The position numbers and the translations under genes were made by a program. A stretch of 54,603 nt of DNA from Gammaproteobacteria bacterium. GTDB taxonomy: Bacteria > Pseudomonadota > Gammaproteobacteria > SKWO01. The DNA lies in assembly GCA_007128895.1 (NCBI GenBank), contig SKWO01000010.1, forward strand, positions 1 through 54,603. Direction: 5' to 3'. How positions within the stretch are numbered: position 1 is the first letter of the stretch; every line of letters starts with the position of its first letter. The notes below the pieces were generated by a model. It had not been told where the DNA came from, made no database searches, and saw only the letters and a list, made by a program, of their open reading frames with translations. Below, piece by piece: positions 53,006-54,603 of this stretch.

Positions 53006-54487
53006 ATGACTACTCTGGAAACTGCCCAAACCGACAAGCCTCTGCGCCGCGTCGCGATCGACCCGGTCAGTCGGGTCGAAGGCCACGGCAAGGTCACCCT
53101 GCTGCTCGACGACGACAACCGCCTGCACCAGGTTCGGCTGCACATCGTCGAGTTTCGTGGCTTCGAGCGCTTCATCCAGGGGCGCCCGATCTGGGAGCTG
53201 CCGGTACTGGTCCAGCGCCTGTGTGGTATCTGTCCGGTCAGCCACCACCTCGCCGCGGCGAAAGCGGTCGACCAGATCATCGGGGTCGACCGGCTGACCC
53301 CGCCGGCGGAGAAGCTGCGCCGTCTGATGCACTACGGTCAGATGCTGCCGTCCCATGCGCTGCACTTCTTCCACCTCGCTTCGCCCGATCTGCTCTTTGG
53401 TTTTGACAGCGAGATTGCCCGGCGTAACATCGTCGGGGTCGCCACCGAGTATCCGGAGATCGCCCGTCAGGGGGTGTTGCTGCGCAAGTTCGGCCAGGAG
53501 GTGATCCGCCATACCGCCGGCAAGCGCATCCACGGCACCGGCGCGATTCCCGGTGGCATGAACAAGTCGTTGAGCGTGGCCGAGCGCGACGAACTGCGGA
53601 GTGAGATCGACCAGGTCGTGACGTGGAGCGAGGCGGCCGTCGCGCTGGCACGCCAGCTCTTCGAACAGAATCAGGCGCTGCACAGCCGCTTCGGCTACCA
53701 CGAGAGCGGTTTCCTCGGTCAGATCCGCGGCGACGGGGCGCTCGAGTTCTACCATGGCGGTCTGCGCGCGCGTGACGCCGACGGCCATACGATTTTCGAC
53801 CATGTCGACTACCGCGACTACAACGACCATATCCACGAGCAGGTGCGGTCGTGGACCTACATGAAGTTTCCCTACCTGCGCGCCCTCGGTAGCGAGGCGG
53901 GCTGGTACCGGGTCGGCCCGTTGGCGCGGATCAACAACTGCGACTTTATCGACACCGAGCGGGCCGAGGCAGCGCGGCGCGACTTCGTCGCCATCGGCAA
54001 CGGGCGACCGATTCACGCACCGCTGGCCTACCACTGGGCGCGGATGATCGAGCTGTTGCACAGCGCCGAGACGATCGCCGCGCTGCTCGACGACGAGGAT
54101 CTACTCAGTGATGATCTGGTCACCCGCGGTGAGCGGCGCGAGGAGGGGGTCGGTGTCATCGAGGCGCCGCGCGGCACCCTCTTCCACCACTACCGCGTCG
54201 ACGAGCACGATACCGTGACGATGGCCAACCTGATCGTTTCGACCACCAGCAACAATCAGGCGATGAACGACGCGGTGCGCCAGGTTGCGCTCGATCACCT
54301 CGACGGTCAGGAGCTGACCGAAGGGCTGCTCAACCACCTCGAGGTCGCCATCCGCGCCTACGACCCGTGCCTTTCCTGTGCCACCCACGCCCTCGGCAAG
54401 ATGCCGCTGGAGGTCGAACTGCTCGACGCCGAGGGGCAGACGCTCGATCGCCTGCAGCGGGACGGCAGTGGCGCGGTGACGCCTTGA
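53006..54487 (+). CDS. hoxH: [NiFe] hydrogenase large subunit (group 3d)
   Basis: [25 protein letters not shown] (L1), [22 protein letters not shown] (L2) plus cleavable C-terminal extension ALGKMPL... Confidence 0.95.
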   Translation: MTTLETAQTDKPLRRVAIDPVSRVEGHGKVTLLLDDDNRLHQVRLHIVEFRGFERFIQGRPIWELPVLVQRLCGICPVSHHLAAAKAVDQIIGVDRLTPPAEKLRRLMHYGQMLPSHALHFFHLASPDLLFGFDSEIARRNIVGVATEYPEIARQGVLLRKFGQEVIRHTAGKRIHGTGAIPGGMNKSLSVAERDELRSEIDQVVTWSEAAVALARQLFEQNQALHSRFGYHESGFLGQIRGDGALEFYHGGLRARDADGHTIFDHVDYRDYNDHIHEQVRSWTYMKFPYLRALGSEAGWYRVGPLARINNCDFIDTERAEAARRDFVAIGNGRPIHAPLAYHWARMIELLHSAETIAALLDDEDLLSDDLVTRGERREEGVGVIEAPRGTLFHHYRVDEHDTVTMANLIVSTTSNNQAMNDAVRQVALDHLDGQELTEGLLNHLEVAIRAYDPCLSCATHALGKMPLEVELLDAEGQTLDRLQRDGSGAVTP

Positions 54488-54508
54488 AGGGGCTTTGTGG
54501 GACCGGTC

Positions 54509-54603
54509 GGCGGGAAGGGCTTGCGTGGGACGCCGTGAACCCATCCCTGGGGGCTTGACTGCGCACGTCCTGTGCGCAGACACCCACGCAAGCCCTTCCC
54601 GCC
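54509..54603. repeat. Long palindromic extragenic element (MITE/REP-like), may extend past the window end
   Basis: Perfect 21-bp inverted repeat (54509-54529 / 54583-54603) enclosing two small hairpins, CCCA-TCCC-TGGG and TGCGCAC-GTCCT-GTGCGCA. Confidence 0.75.

Noticed and set aside
54355-54390. Selenocysteine ([NiFeSe]) hydrogenase
   Set aside because: The L2 motif DPCLSC uses TGC/TGT Cys codons; there is no in-frame TGA.

Overview
This is a high-GC (roughly two-thirds by eye) gammaproteobacterial chromosome segment; the gene content suggests a Chromatiales-like sulfur/hydrogen metaboliser (inference). It is mostly core genes, with no tRNA, rRNA, CRISPR array, transposase or prophage seen. 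In order: an exported FecR-domain protein and a CHASE2 adenylate cyclase, convergent with an orphan GAF-fused PilB/GspE ATPase; a long + strand envelope run (TraB, HAD-IIB phosphatase, MlaE/F/D-PqiC-type ABC, exbBD, msbA, lpxK, ycaR, kdsB, LMW-PTP); rne/rluC/HAD/S49 peptidase; pycA-pycB-maf; a candidate sRNA; a poorly characterised BNR/NIF3/thioredoxin operon; ilvIHC-pssA; a rearranged flagellar block (fleQ, fleSR-fliEFGHIJ, fliK-fliA) with two near-consensus sigma-54 promoters; galU-pyrF-small Cys protein; and glgP divergent from a HoxFUYH NAD-linked [NiFe] hydrogenase, followed by a palindromic element with GGA loops. The best leads for something undescribed are (i) the FecR/CHASE2-cyclase/GAF-PilB cyclic-nucleotide module, (ii) an unannotated ~90-nt anti-SD sRNA with its own promoter and terminator, (iii) the rewired flagellar hierarchy (fliA behind the sigma-54 fliK promoter; apparently leaderless FleQ with degenerate c-di-GMP motifs), (iv) the glgP/hox divergon, and (v) two kinds of extragenic palindrome. 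All functional calls come from motifs read by eye; no database searches were run.
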